Of a stretch of DNA of 64,000 nt, positions 1-9,212 are shown piece after piece. The stretch comes from an uncultured virus (IMG/VR IMGVR_UViG_2874854922_000002) (Duplodnaviria > Heunggongvirae > Uroviricota > Caudoviricetes), in IMG/VR virus record IMGVR_UViG_2874854922_000002; one strand, given 5' to 3'. The position numbers and the translations under genes were made by a program. Under the pieces are notes generated by a model. That model searched no databases. It saw only the letters and a program-made list of their open reading frames with translations, and was not told where the DNA came from. Each line of letters opens with the position of its first letter. The first letter of the stretch is position 1.

Positions 1-991
1 GTGAACGAAAATAGCCATGATAAAAATGTTACTGAAGATGAGTACGCTGAATTTTGGAAGCATTTTAATGCGAGATATGACGATCCACTCGTGAAAGATG
101 TAAAGAAAACATATCGATGGTTTGTTGAGGTTATGGGGGAAGAAAAATGGTTTGAGCGAAGAGATAATGTTCTGCGGTATTTTCGTACCCTCACTGAAAG
201 GTTATATAGCAGTCAAACAGATGTTTCTTTACATGAAAAAGATTCGCGTATGGCCTTTTATGATGATTGGATCGCTTGGTATTTGTACCTTGCAGAATCA
301 CTTGCCGATCGCCCAACAGTTGATGAACCTGCACAATCCTCTAGAATTTTGCCGTTCTTTGCCACCATCGGAGAATTTAGCGAAGAGTTAAAGCGTACAA
401 AAGGTATTGAAAATAAACTTAAAGATTTACTTATTAAACCTGAGAATCAACCAGACTCTGTCTTATTTGAATTAGTAGTTGCTGCCTGTTATATAAAAAA
501 TGGTTGGGAAGTAGAGTTTATACCTGAGTCAGGTGCAGGTAAAACACCAGACCTTCTGGTGAAGAAAGGAAATGATAAACTATATGTAGAATGTAAAAGG
601 CTTGCAAAGGTAACTCAATATTCAGAAAATGAACGTATGGAATGGGTTAAAAGATGGCAGAAAGCTCTACCTTACATAATTTCTTACCCATATCCTGTTT
701 TTTTTAATGTAAAGTTCAAATGTGAGGTCAATAGCACCAATCCTGATATTTTTTTGAATATTGTTAGGCATTTATACGCCTCAAGAGATTTGATGCAATG
801 CGGTGTTGTATCTTGTGAAAATGATGAAATATCAGTAGTTGCAAATTTAATTGATATGGACCGAGTAAATGAACACTTTGCCAAATGGATAGTAAAGTAT
901 CCTTCGCCACAACTTAACTATCTTTTAGATGATAACTATGAACCCCATGGTAGTTATACGATGGCATTACAGGCTAAACTTTGCACTTATA

Positions 992-1006
992 GCGAAGATG
1001 AATATA
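992..1006 (+). repeat. Left copy of 15-bp target-site duplication GCGAAGATGAATATA
   Basis: Identical to 2343-2357. Confidence 0.95.
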
Positions 1007-1070
1007 TGATGTAGCCCCCTGAAACACCAGACAGTAGCTGTATCTCCAGATAAGAGATAGGCTTGAATAT

Positions 1071-1466
1071 ATGTCTAACACTAACACCAATTTTGAGATG
1101 ACCGGGATCCTGTTAGGGCAAGAAGTCCGTAAACGTAAAACTCCTCAGGAGAAGATCGCCATTATCCAGCAGACGATGGAGCCGGGTATGAATGTCTCCC
1201 ATGTCGCCCGCCTGCATGGTATCCAGCCCAGCCTGCTGTTTAAGTGGAAGAAGCAATATCAGGAAGGCAGCCTCACCGCCGTTGCGGCTGGAGAGGAAGT
1301 CGTTCCTGCTTCTGAGCTTACTGCTGCTCTGAAGCAGGTCCGGGAGCTTCAGCGCCTTCTGGGCAAGAAGACGATGGAAGTTGAGATCCTGAAAGAAGCC
1401 GTGGAGTACGGTCAGTCGCGAAAATGGATAGCGCACGCGCCCTTGTTGCCAAAGGACGGGGAATAG
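1071..1466 (+). CDS. IS OrfA (HTH plus leucine zipper); start may be ATG 1098
   Basis: IS2 InsC-like QEKIAIIQQ...[14 protein letters not shown]...WIAHAPLLP. Confidence 0.92.
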   Translation: MSNTNTNFEMTGILLGQEVRKRKTPQEKIAIIQQTMEPGMNVSHVARLHGIQPSLLFKWKKQYQEGSLTAVAAGEEVVPASELTAALKQVRELQRLLGKKTMEVEILKEAVEYGQSRKWIAHAPLLPKDGE

Positions 1467-2305
1467 CCATGGTCAGCCGGACCATGGGCGTGTCGCGTGC
1501 GCAACTGTCACTGCGGATTAACCGTTCTGCCGACTGGCAGGACAGGCGCTGTAACCGGCGTAATGAAGAAGCAGACGCAGAAATACTGTCGGCTATCCTC
1601 AACATTATCAGCGATATGCCGAGTTATGGTTATCGACGCGTGTGGGGCATCCTGCGCAAGCAACGTCGCACAGAGGGACAGCCACCTGTGAATGCCAAAC
1701 GGCTTTACAGGATAATGAGCGAGCATAACCTGTTGTTGTTGCATCACAAACCAGAGCGACCGAAGCGTGAACATAAGGGCAAGATAGCGGTGGCAGAAAG
1801 CGATATGCGCTGGTGTTCAGATGGCTTCGAGTTCGGCTGCGACAACGGCGAAAAACTGCGGGTAACGTTCGCGCTGGACTGCTGCGACCGTGAGGCCATA
1901 GACTGGGCAGCAAGCACGGGAGGCTATGACAGTTCGACCGTGCAGGATGTGATGCTGAGGTCGGTGGAAAAGCGCTTCGGCGACAGGCTGCCCGACACAG
2001 CGGTGCAGTGGCTGACGGACAACGGTTCAGCATATACCGCGCATGAAACGCGGAGGTTCGCCAAAGAGCTGAATCTGGAGCCATGTACAACAGCGGTGAG
2101 CAGCCCGCAGAGCAATGGCATGGCCGAACGGTTCGTGAAGACGATGAAGGAAGACTATATCGCGTTCATGCCGAAACCGGATGTGAGAACAGCCCTGCGA
2201 AACCTTGCAGCGGCGTTCACGCATTACAATGAAAATCACCCGCATAGTGCGCTGGGATATCACTCTCCGAGAGAATACCGGCGGCAGCGGGCATCGTTAA
2301 CTTAA
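1424..2305 (+). CDS. IS OrfB DDE transposase domain (OrfAB by -1 frameshift)
   Basis: [20 protein letters not shown] rve/DDE motifs; -1 frame relative to orfA. Confidence 0.93.
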   Translation: MDSARALVAKGRGIAMVSRTMGVSRAQLSLRINRSADWQDRRCNRRNEEADAEILSAILNIISDMPSYGYRRVWGILRKQRRTEGQPPVNAKRLYRIMSEHNLLLLHHKPERPKREHKGKIAVAESDMRWCSDGFEFGCDNGEKLRVTFALDCCDREAIDWAASTGGYDSSTVQDVMLRSVEKRFGDRLPDTAVQWLTDNGSAYTAHETRRFAKELNLEPCTTAVSSPQSNGMAERFVKTMKEDYIAFMPKPDVRTALRNLAAAFTHYNENHPHSALGYHSPREYRRQRASLT

Positions 2306-2342
2306 GATACAAAAGCTGTCCGGAAATGGCGGGTCAAGATCA

Positions 2343-2357
2343 GCGAAGATGAATATA
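2343..2357 (+). repeat. Right copy of 15-bp target-site duplication
   Basis: Identical to 992-1006. Confidence 0.95.
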
Positions 2358-2817
2358 GTACAATTAATGTTTTTGCCGATGAGATAAGGAGACCTTTCTG
2401 TGCTAAATGGGAATGTATAGCAGATGAGTCGATTTCCAAAAAAGCTAAAGATGTTAAGGGGTTACTTGTGAAAGCTGTAAAGCAAGCCCCAAGTGATGGT
2501 AAAACAGTTATCCATATTGGATATGAAACATTACATGGCCCTCATGTCGAGGTGCTTCGTGATAAAAAAATTACTAATATGTTAGCTAATTTTGATTGCG
2601 AGGGTAAGGATATTGAGATTATATATTGCCACTCGTTCCAACCAAGGCTATTTTCAGATAACAATTGGGATTTTGCCGAAACTGTTAGGTATTATACAAG
2701 AGGTGTTAGCAAAAAGTATCTTTTGAAGAGAATGATGCTTTTGGAAAGAGAGGGTATTGTTGAGTCCAACGATACCCATTGGGAGCAAGATCTACGAGAA
2801 ATGAATAATAAATAAGC

Positions 2818-3819
2818 CTAACTAAATGTATTTAATGGATTAAGCTTGACAGCGTCTTCTAAGTGGTCTGGAGCAAAATGTGCATACCGCATTGTCATTT
2901 TGATATCGGTATGCCCTAAAACGCGTTGTAAAACTAAAATATTACCACCATTCATCATAAAGTGACTGGCGAAGGTGTGGCGCAAAACGTGGGTAAGCTG
3001 CCCTGCCGGTAGTTCGATGCCTGTTCTTTCCAGAGCTGAGCGGAATGCGCCATAACAATCACTAAACAACCGGCCTTTTTTATCATCAGGCAGAGACTCA
3101 TAGAGTTCTTTGCTGATTGGGACGGTGCGGTTTTTTCTGCCTTTCGTGTTGGTGTATGTGATTTTGTATTTCGCGAGTTGGCTTTTTCTCAGACTCTCGG
3201 CCTCTGACCACCGTGCGCCAGTGGCGAGACAAATTCTTACCACTGTTTCTAAATCAGGGTGGTCGTGCCGTTTACACTCTCCAAGTAGTTGCGAAATTTG
3301 GTCGTGAGTTAGCCAGGCCATTTCCATTTCTTCAATGCGGAATGGGCGCATATTTTTCAGTGGGTTTTCACCTTTCCATTCTCCGAGGCGGTTTAGCTCA
3401 TTGAACACTGCCCGGAAGTAGGCCAGCTCAAGATTAAGCGTGCGAGGCGATACCTCTTTCACTCTGTTTGAACGGGCATGCTCACCTTTCAACCGTTTTT
3501 CTCGGTAGCGGGAAAACATCTGTGCATCGAAATCGCGTGCGAGTGGCTCGCCCATACACTCAAAAGCATGGTGCATGGCTAACTGACGTTTCAAGCCATC
3601 TTTCAGTGTAATGCCATGAGCGCTATACCATGAGTCAACCAGCTCTTTTAACGTGCGCCTGTCTTCCTTTTCTTCCTGCCACGGGTTTTGAACGGTGTAC
3701 TGTTCAAACGCCAGAGCCTCGCCCTTAGTAGCGAATTTCTTTCTGATGCGTTTGCCTTTTGCACCGTTTGGGTAGAGCTCACAAATCCAACCGCCAGTTG
3801 GATTTTTACGCACGGTCAT
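2818..3819 (-). CDS. int: Tyrosine integrase, 186-like
   Basis: TGAR, HVLRH, LGH, MRYAH catalytic motifs; N-terminus recognisable as 186 Int. Confidence 0.97.
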   Translation of the reverse strand: MTVRKNPTGGWICELYPNGAKGKRIRKKFATKGEALAFEQYTVQNPWQEEKEDRRTLKELVDSWYSAHGITLKDGLKRQLAMHHAFECMGEPLARDFDAQMFSRYREKRLKGEHARSNRVKEVSPRTLNLELAYFRAVFNELNRLGEWKGENPLKNMRPFRIEEMEMAWLTHDQISQLLGECKRHDHPDLETVVRICLATGARWSEAESLRKSQLAKYKITYTNTKGRKNRTVPISKELYESLPDDKKGRLFSDCYGAFRSALERTGIELPAGQLTHVLRHTFASHFMMNGGNILVLQRVLGHTDIKMTMRYAHFAPDHLEDAVKLNPLNTFS

Positions 3820-4394
3820 TAGTTAACCTCGCTGTATACACCCATCACGCGACCTAATGCTTTAATGTCATCAAATCCACATTCGAAGGGAACCTTGCCC
3901 CCTGCTACATGTAGTCTTCTGCCTGGCAATTTTGTTAATTCTCGAATGCTAATAGCACCTTCAATATCGACGAGCCATTTTCCATCTGATAGGGATGCGT
4001 CTCGCTCGATGAAATGGAGTTTTCCGTCAGCGTAGACGGCAATTGGATTCGTAAGCGGCTTGCTAAAGAACTTGCCAGCAATACTCAAATCGCCATCACT
4101 AACCAGAGACTCTTCACTTAATGTGAATTTCTCCACATTTTGGGTATCGGTATTCATATTGCCGGTTGTAGGCGACCCTTTGCCGGTGAGTAGCCAAGCG
4201 AGATTTGCGCCAGTTTCTAGGGCGCAATGCACAATAAAGTCATAAGAAATGGAATCGCGACTGTACCTGTTAGCAAGAGAGCTTGATGCAATTTCGAAGT
4301 GTCTAGCTAATTGAATTTTCTGAGAAAATCCGTAAGCCTCGCAAATCCTGTCCAGCACTTCTTCATTGTTTAAACCAAGACCTTCAATTCTCAT
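3819..4394 (-). CDS. cI: CI immunity repressor, 186-type
   Basis: N-terminal HTH, 191 aa, upstream of int and divergent from apl. Confidence 0.92.
   Translation of the reverse strand: MRIEGLGLNNEEVLDRICEAYGFSQKIQLARHFEIASSSLANRYSRDSISYDFIVHCALETGANLAWLLTGKGSPTTGNMNTDTQNVEKFTLSEESLVSDGDLSIAGKFFSKPLTNPIAVYADGKLHFIERDASLSDGKWLVDIEGAISIRELTKLPGRRLHVAGGKVPFECGFDDIKALGRVMGVYSEVN
4113..4127. promoter_or_regulatory. Putative distal CI operator (186 FL-like) inside cI
   Basis: TTCAC-N5-GTGAA, same palindrome as 4786-4804 and 32105-32155. Confidence 0.6.
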
Positions 4395-4449
4395 GTAGCT
4401 TTAACCTATTTACAAACTCCATTTTGGGAGTTATGTTAAGCCTAAACCT

Positions 4450-4506
4450 AGGCAATTAATGGCGAACGTTGGCAAACAGATGGCTATTAATTGCAATCTT
4501 TAGTAA
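4450..4506 (+). promoter_or_regulatory. Apl-binding direct-repeat array in the lytic/lysogenic switch
   Basis: AGGCAA, TGGCGA, TGGCAA, TGGCTA, TTGCAA, TAGTAA at 10-11 bp spacing, as described for 186 Apl. Confidence 0.7.
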
Positions 4507-4523
4507 AAGGGGAATCATGCAAC

Positions 4524-4787
4524 ATGGCTTCTGAAATCGCAATCATCAAAGTTCCCGCACCAATCGTTACTTTGCAACAATTCGCAGAGCTTGAGGGTGT
4601 TTCTGAACGCACCGCCTACCGCTGGACAACCGGCGATAACCCTTGTGTACCAATCGAACCACGCACCATCCGTAAAGGCTGCAAGAAAGCAGGTGGCCCG
4701 ATTCGCATTTATTACGCACGCTGGAAAGAAGAGCAGTTGCGTAAGGCGTTGGGTCATTCCCGTTTTCAACTCGTCATCGGCGCTTAA
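4524..4787 (+). CDS. apl: Apl/Cox excisionase-repressor
   Basis: 87 aa winged HTH, first early lytic gene. Confidence 0.9.
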   Translation: MASEIAIIKVPAPIVTLQQFAELEGVSERTAYRWTTGDNPCVPIEPRTIRKGCKKAGGPIRIYYARWKEEQLRKALGHSRFQLVIGA

Positions 4788-4804
4788 TTCACTTTATGTG
4801 AATT
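4786..4804. promoter_or_regulatory. Putative distal CI operator (186 FR-like)
   Basis: Perfect palindrome AATTCAC-TTTAT-GTGAATT. Confidence 0.65.
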
Positions 4805-4817
4805 GTAAGGATGCAAC

Positions 4818-5327
4818 ATGTTTGATTTTCAGGTTTCCAAACATCCCCACTATGACGAAGCATGCCGGGCTTTTGCGCAACGTCACAACATGGCGAAGCT
4901 GGCCGAGCGTGCGGGTATGAATGTTCAGACGTTACGCAACAAGCTCAACCCGGAACAGCCTCACCAGTTCACGCCTCCTGAATTGTGGCTGCTGACTGAC
5001 CTGACAGAAGACTCAACCCTCGTTGATGGCTTTCTTGCGCAGATTCACTGTCTACCGTGCGTGCCGGTAAATGAGCTGGCTAAAGACAAATTGCAGTCTT
5101 ATGTCATGCGAGCAATGAGTGAACTCGGCGAGCTGGCAAGCGGTGCGGTCTCTAATGAGCGCCTGACCTCTGCACGTAAGCACAACATGATTGAAAGCGT
5201 AAATGCTGGCATTCGCATGTTGTCATTGTCGGCTCTGGCGCTGCATGCGCGGCTTCAGGCTAACCCGGCAATGACAAGCGTTGTAGACACCATGAGCGGC
5301 CTCGGTGCCTCATTCGGTCTGATTTGA
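4818..5327 (+). CDS. cII: CII lysogeny-establishment activator
   Basis: 169 aa, MFDFQVSKHPHYDEAC...TLRNKLNP, 186 CII family. Confidence 0.92.
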   Translation: MFDFQVSKHPHYDEACRAFAQRHNMAKLAERAGMNVQTLRNKLNPEQPHQFTPPELWLLTDLTEDSTLVDGFLAQIHCLPCVPVNELAKDKLQSYVMRAMSELGELASGAVSNERLTSARKHNMIESVNAGIRMLSLSALALHARLQANPAMTSVVDTMSGLGASFGLI

Positions 5328-5334
5328 GGTGCTT

Positions 5335-5535
5335 ATGTTGAATAATGAACCGTCATTCGCGTCTCTGCTTAAAAAGCAAAGTCCCGGCATGCACTACGGC
5401 CACGGCTGGATCGCAGGTAAGGACGGCAAGCGCTGGCACCCGAGCAACTCACAGGCTGATTTACTGGCTGGTCTCTCTACTCAAAAGCAGGGGGAATCAT
5501 GGCTATCGAAGCTGTTTCCGCGACTGTTCCGCTAA
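5335..5535 (+). CDS. fil: Fil-family early protein
   Basis: EPSFASLLKKQSPGMHYGHGWI...KRWHP; follows cII. Confidence 0.75.
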   Translation: MLNNEPSFASLLKKQSPGMHYGHGWIAGKDGKRWHPSNSQADLLAGLSTQKQGESWLSKLFPRLFR

Positions 5536-5837
5536 AAGCGGGTGAACGTCTGGCCGGTCTAAATCATGTGGCTGAATTGCGCGCAAGATATTGGGGCGAT
5601 AGCTGGAAAGAGGTTGAACGTTTTGTCGATGATATGCGTGATAAACGTGACCCACAATTTGAAGAAAATAATCGGGCGCTGGCCGCTATTTTCTTTCTGG
5701 CAAAAATCCCTGCGGCTCGTCATGAGCTCCAATTAAGTGAGCTGACTACTGACGAGAAAAAAGCGCTTATTACAGCGATGAATCATTTTCGCGCAGTGGT
5801 GAGCTTATTTCCAAAACGGCTAACAATGCCGAATTAA
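5499..5837 (+). CDS. Conserved P2-family early hypothetical protein
   Basis: GGGGA RBS; position in early operon. Confidence 0.7.
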   Translation: MAIEAVSATVPLKAGERLAGLNHVAELRARYWGDSWKEVERFVDDMRDKRDPQFEENNRALAAIFFLAKIPAARHELQLSELTTDEKKALITAMNHFRAVVSLFPKRLTMPN

Positions 5838-5904
5838 TCCAAACAGAGATTTAATGGCGTAAACCCGCCGGGCTTCTTATTGCCCGAAATCAGGAGAATA
5901 AATT

Positions 5905-6132
5905 ATGCGTAATACCGTAACCCGTAGTTTTAATACAGATAGCGATGCGCTGGCCATATTGCTGACTGATGCCAAAAAAGAAGATCGTAAAGACCGCGCG
6001 CTCGCTGTTTCAATCCGTCTTGAGGCACTGGCGATACATATCATCAAAGAGGGGATGAGCTGTACCGAAGCCGCCGAACTGCTGCGCCGTGAAGCCACTC
6101 GCTTTGAGAATGAATCACAGGAGCTGCACTAA
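5905..6132 (+). CDS. DUF2732-like early protein
   Basis: AGGAG RBS; EAAELLRREA...ELH; paralogue at 35724. Confidence 0.8.
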   Translation: MRNTVTRSFNTDSDALAILLTDAKKEDRKDRALAVSIRLEALAIHIIKEGMSCTEAAELLRREATRFENESQELH

Positions 6133-6353
6133 TGGCCGACGCAATGGATTTAGCACAACTGCGCGAGCAGGAAGACCGCGAACGCCACATCAGCAACGCG
6201 CGTAGCCGTATCGCCTCACCTTCCCGTTTTCTCTGCGAAGAATGTGACGAACCAATCCCGGAAGCTCGCCGCATTGCGATTCCGGGTGTGGCCTTTTGCG
6301 TGACCTGTCAGGAGGTCACCGAATTGAAATCTAAACATTTTCGGGGGGTATGA
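6132..6353 (+). CDS. TraR/DksA C4 zinc-finger protein
   Basis: CEEC...IPEARR...CVTCQ. Confidence 0.9.
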   Translation: MADAMDLAQLREQEDRERHISNARSRIASPSRFLCEECDEPIPEARRIAIPGVAFCVTCQEVTELKSKHFRGV

Positions 6354-6354
6354 C

Positions 6355-8571
6355 TTGGCGGTTCAATTCGCTTATCCGTGGAATGCCCCACGGTCGGCAA
6401 TAGCCAGCCCATATCTTACCTATGACCAACAGTATCGCCGCGACCGTATGTTCGCGGCTTTGCTGCATGCAAAAAAGGTACTTTCTCTCCAGCCAGAGTG
6501 CGTACGTTTTGACGTTTATCGCACTGCGGCGGTGCTGGAGCAAAATCAGAGCAGTCAACGAGCCAATGCTTTTTTAATCAGTTTCTGCAAAAAGGCATTG
6601 CCGCGTCTTGAGCTGGTCGCAAAAAAATATGAGAGCGCGGGTATCAACACTAATGTATCAACCGCCGTTTTCGGTGGACATTTTGACACCCGACTCATGC
6701 AATATCTGGCATCTCGCATGGTTAACCTTGTCGCCAGATATAACCGCCTCCCTGATATGTCGCGCGCCGATGTTGACTTGCTGGCATGTGACATCGCTAA
6801 TTTCATTCGTTCTGAGCTGGCAAATATTGATGATTCAGGTTTTGGTGAGCTCAAAACGCTATACACCTGGTACATGCACGCTGGTTTTATTTCTCTGCAA
6901 TTCAATGTCACCCCTCCCCATTGGGAGCGCGTAGCAAATAAATACTTCAACAAAGATGATATCGCCCCTGCAATAATCCGTATGTTCACTGAGTCATGGT
7001 GGCGTAATCGTCTGCGTCGTGTCGCGTCGGCATGGCGCGAACACCTACAAATTGCAGTCGGCAACGTCAGCAAGAAAAAGCACGCCTACGCGAGTAAAAA
7101 CTGCGTAACAGACTGGCGCGAACAGAAGCGCCGAACGCGTGAGTTTCTCAAGGGACTGGATCTCGAAGACGAAGACGGCAACCGCATCAGCCTGATTGAA
7201 AAATACGACGGTTCGGTCGCTAATCCTGCGATACGCCGCTGCGAACTGATGACCCGCATCCGTGGGTTTGAAAATATCTGCAATGAACTCGGTTATGTCG
7301 GGGAGTTTTACACCCTGACTGCACCGTCTAAATATCACGCCACGACTAAAGCGGGATACCGTAACAGCAAATGGAATGGTGCCAGCCCATCGGACACGCA
7401 GAGCTATCTAACTGGCCTTTGGGCGCGCATACGCGCCAAGCTGCATCGGGAAGAAATACGCATTTTCGGCATCCGTGTTGCCGAACCTCATCACGACGGA
7501 ACGCCGCACTGGCACATGCTTATGTTCATGTTGCCGGAGGACGTCGAGCGCGTGCGCCTTATCATCCGTGATTATGCATGGGAGGAAGACCGCCACGAAC
7601 TGAGAAGTGATAAAGCCAAAAAAGCGCGCTTTCATGCCGAGGCTATTGACCCAGAAAAGGGCAGCGCTACCGGCTATGTTGCTAAATACATTTCGAAAAA
7701 TATCGACGGTTATGCTCTCGATGGTGAAACCGATGACGAAAGCGGTGAGCTGCTGAAAGAGACAGCCCCCGCCGTTTCAGCATGGGCGGCGCGCTGGCAC
7801 ATCCGTCAGTTTCAGTTTATTGGTGGTGCGCCGGTGACGGTCTACCGTGAGTTGCGTCGTCTCGCTGATACCGAGACCGCGCACGGTTTAAGCGTTGAGT
7901 TTGCCGCCGTTCATGATGCCGCTGACGCCGGTGACTGGGCTGGTTACGTTAATGCGCAGGGTGGCCCGTTTGTCCGTCGTGACGATTTGCAGGTGCGCAC
8001 GCTGTATGAGCCTCGCGCCGAGTTTAACCAGTATGGTGAGGAAACTATCTGCATTCGCGGCGTGTACGATTCCGCCGTCGGCGCTGACACCCCGATTTTA
8101 ACCCGGCTAACGCAGTGGAAAATTGTGCCGAAGCGTGCCGTTGATTTGGCCGTTGACGTTAAGGGCGCTCCTGCGCCCTCTCGGAGTTCTGTCAATAACT
8201 GTACGGGAAGCGAAAGCGAACCACCGATACTGGATTTAACAAAACCGCTGAGTCGGCGTGAAAGACGAGAGCTGACGAACCGACTAAGGAAGCAAAAGCC
8301 AGCAATACGGCGAAAATTCATCCACGGAACGGATGAGCAAAAAGCAGCTATAGAGAAAACTATCGACGAGATACACCTGACAACCGGCATCACTATCAGC
8401 CGGGGCGAAGCCCTGCACCTTATGGCAGGTGGTAGAAGTTGTTTTAACGGTCGATGGGTGCGCGGAACATCAAGAGGTGAGATTTTTGCGGCAGCGCCAT
8501 CGCATCAGGCTAGAGCCAGGAAAATCCTTAGTCGTGTTGCGGCTTTAGCTGAACTGGCAACGAGAATGTAA
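6355..8571 (+). CDS. A: Rolling-circle replication initiator A
   Basis: TLTAPSKYH, EPHHDGTPHWH (HUH), ATGYVAKY. Confidence 0.97.
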   Translation: MAVQFAYPWNAPRSAIASPYLTYDQQYRRDRMFAALLHAKKVLSLQPECVRFDVYRTAAVLEQNQSSQRANAFLISFCKKALPRLELVAKKYESAGINTNVSTAVFGGHFDTRLMQYLASRMVNLVARYNRLPDMSRADVDLLACDIANFIRSELANIDDSGFGELKTLYTWYMHAGFISLQFNVTPPHWERVANKYFNKDDIAPAIIRMFTESWWRNRLRRVASAWREHLQIAVGNVSKKKHAYASKNCVTDWREQKRRTREFLKGLDLEDEDGNRISLIEKYDGSVANPAIRRCELMTRIRGFENICNELGYVGEFYTLTAPSKYHATTKAGYRNSKWNGASPSDTQSYLTGLWARIRAKLHREEIRIFGIRVAEPHHDGTPHWHMLMFMLPEDVERVRLIIRDYAWEEDRHELRSDKAKKARFHAEAIDPEKGSATGYVAKYISKNIDGYALDGETDDESGELLKETAPAVSAWAARWHIRQFQFIGGAPVTVYRELRRLADTETAHGLSVEFAAVHDAADAGDWAGYVNAQGGPFVRRDDLQVRTLYEPRAEFNQYGEETICIRGVYDSAVGADTPILTRLTQWKIVPKRAVDLAVDVKGAPAPSRSSVNNCTGSESEPPILDLTKPLSRRERRELTNRLRKQKPAIRRKFIHGTDEQKAAIEKTIDEIHLTTGITISRGEALHLMAGGRSCFNGRWVRGTSRGEIFAAAPSHQARARKILSRVAALAELATRM
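8180..8205 (+). other. Replication origin/nick region inside A
   Basis: CTCGGAGTTCTGTCAATAACTGTACG, P2-ori-like; identical copy at 39714-39739. Confidence 0.8.
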
Positions 8572-8653
8572 CCGCTAATATTCATCCATATCATGTACAT
8601 ACAGTGTATTTAACTGTGATTTTTTTCTTCACACCTTTTGCCAATACGTGCTA

Positions 8654-8669
8654 CTGTATGTTTATACAG
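8654..8669. promoter_or_regulatory. LexA (SOS) box upstream of tum
   Basis: CTGTATGTTTATACAG = CTG-N10-CAG. Confidence 0.9.
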
Positions 8670-8689
8670 TATCTCGTAGTGGAGGTTGT

Positions 8690-9130
8690 GTGGATAGAGA
8701 GCTAAACGAGCACGTTATGATTGAGCGGGTCGAAATGATTGCGCGTCTGACGGCTGAAGGTACTTGTCAGGAAAGAGACCGAGAAATCGCATTGAATCTA
8801 ATCGCGGAAATAGCAAGAGGCAACCTAATGAAAAACAATAACTTTTCTGTTGTTTTTTCCGCGCCGCCTGTTGATGAAACATTTGCAAAGGAGGGCAAAG
8901 TGAAAGTAAATATCACGTTGGATAAAGACCAAAAAATAGGCCAGCCGGTAATTGATGCCTTTCAATGCGAATTGACCAGGCGAATACAGTCTGTATTCCC
9001 GTCAACGCGCGTTACGGTTAAAAAGGGATCCATGACCGGTGTCGAGCTGATGGGGTTCGATAAAGATTCAGACCGCGAAGCGCTGGATAGTATCCTTCAG
9101 GAAGTGTGGGAAGATGAGAGCTGGCGTTAA
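8690..9130 (+). CDS. tum: Tum antirepressor with C-terminal DinI-like domain
   Basis: GTG after GGAGG, 146 aa, ends LQEVWEDESWR, LexA box. Confidence 0.85.
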   Translation: MDRELNEHVMIERVEMIARLTAEGTCQERDREIALNLIAEIARGNLMKNNNFSVVFSAPPVDETFAKEGKVKVNITLDKDQKIGQPVIDAFQCELTRRIQSVFPSTRVTVKKGSMTGVELMGFDKDSDREALDSILQEVWEDESWR

Positions 9131-9153
9131 TCCCTGAAAAATGTGCAACCATC

Positions 9154-9184
9154 GACCCCATGTTTGATAGCATGGGGTTGTTTT
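9154..9184 (+). terminator. Intrinsic terminator after tum
   Basis: GACCCCATG...CATGGGGTT stem plus T tract. Confidence 0.7.
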
Positions 9185-9212
9185 GTATGGGGATTACACA
9201 CAAAGGAATATC

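Larger units (their letters stand above)
1007..2342 (+). mobile_element. IS3-family, IS2-group insertion sequence, 1336 bp
   Basis: TG...CA ends; imperfect ~38-bp IRs (TGATGTAGCCCCC...GACAG...TGTATCT / TGATCTTGACCCG...GACAG...TGTATCT); overlapping orfA/orfB resembling IS2. Confidence 0.95.
1..2815 (+). pseudogene. AT-rich cargo gene, PD-(D/E)XK nuclease-like, interrupted by IS (487 aa when reconstructed)
   Basis: Joining 1-1006 to 2358-2815 restores one frame (...SEDEY-STINVFAD...LVKAVKQ...); motif FELVVA...TPDLLV...YVECKR; converges on int. Confidence 0.8.

Noticed and set aside
2468..2815. Independent 115-aa gene
   Set aside because: It is the in-frame C-terminal part of the IS-interrupted gene
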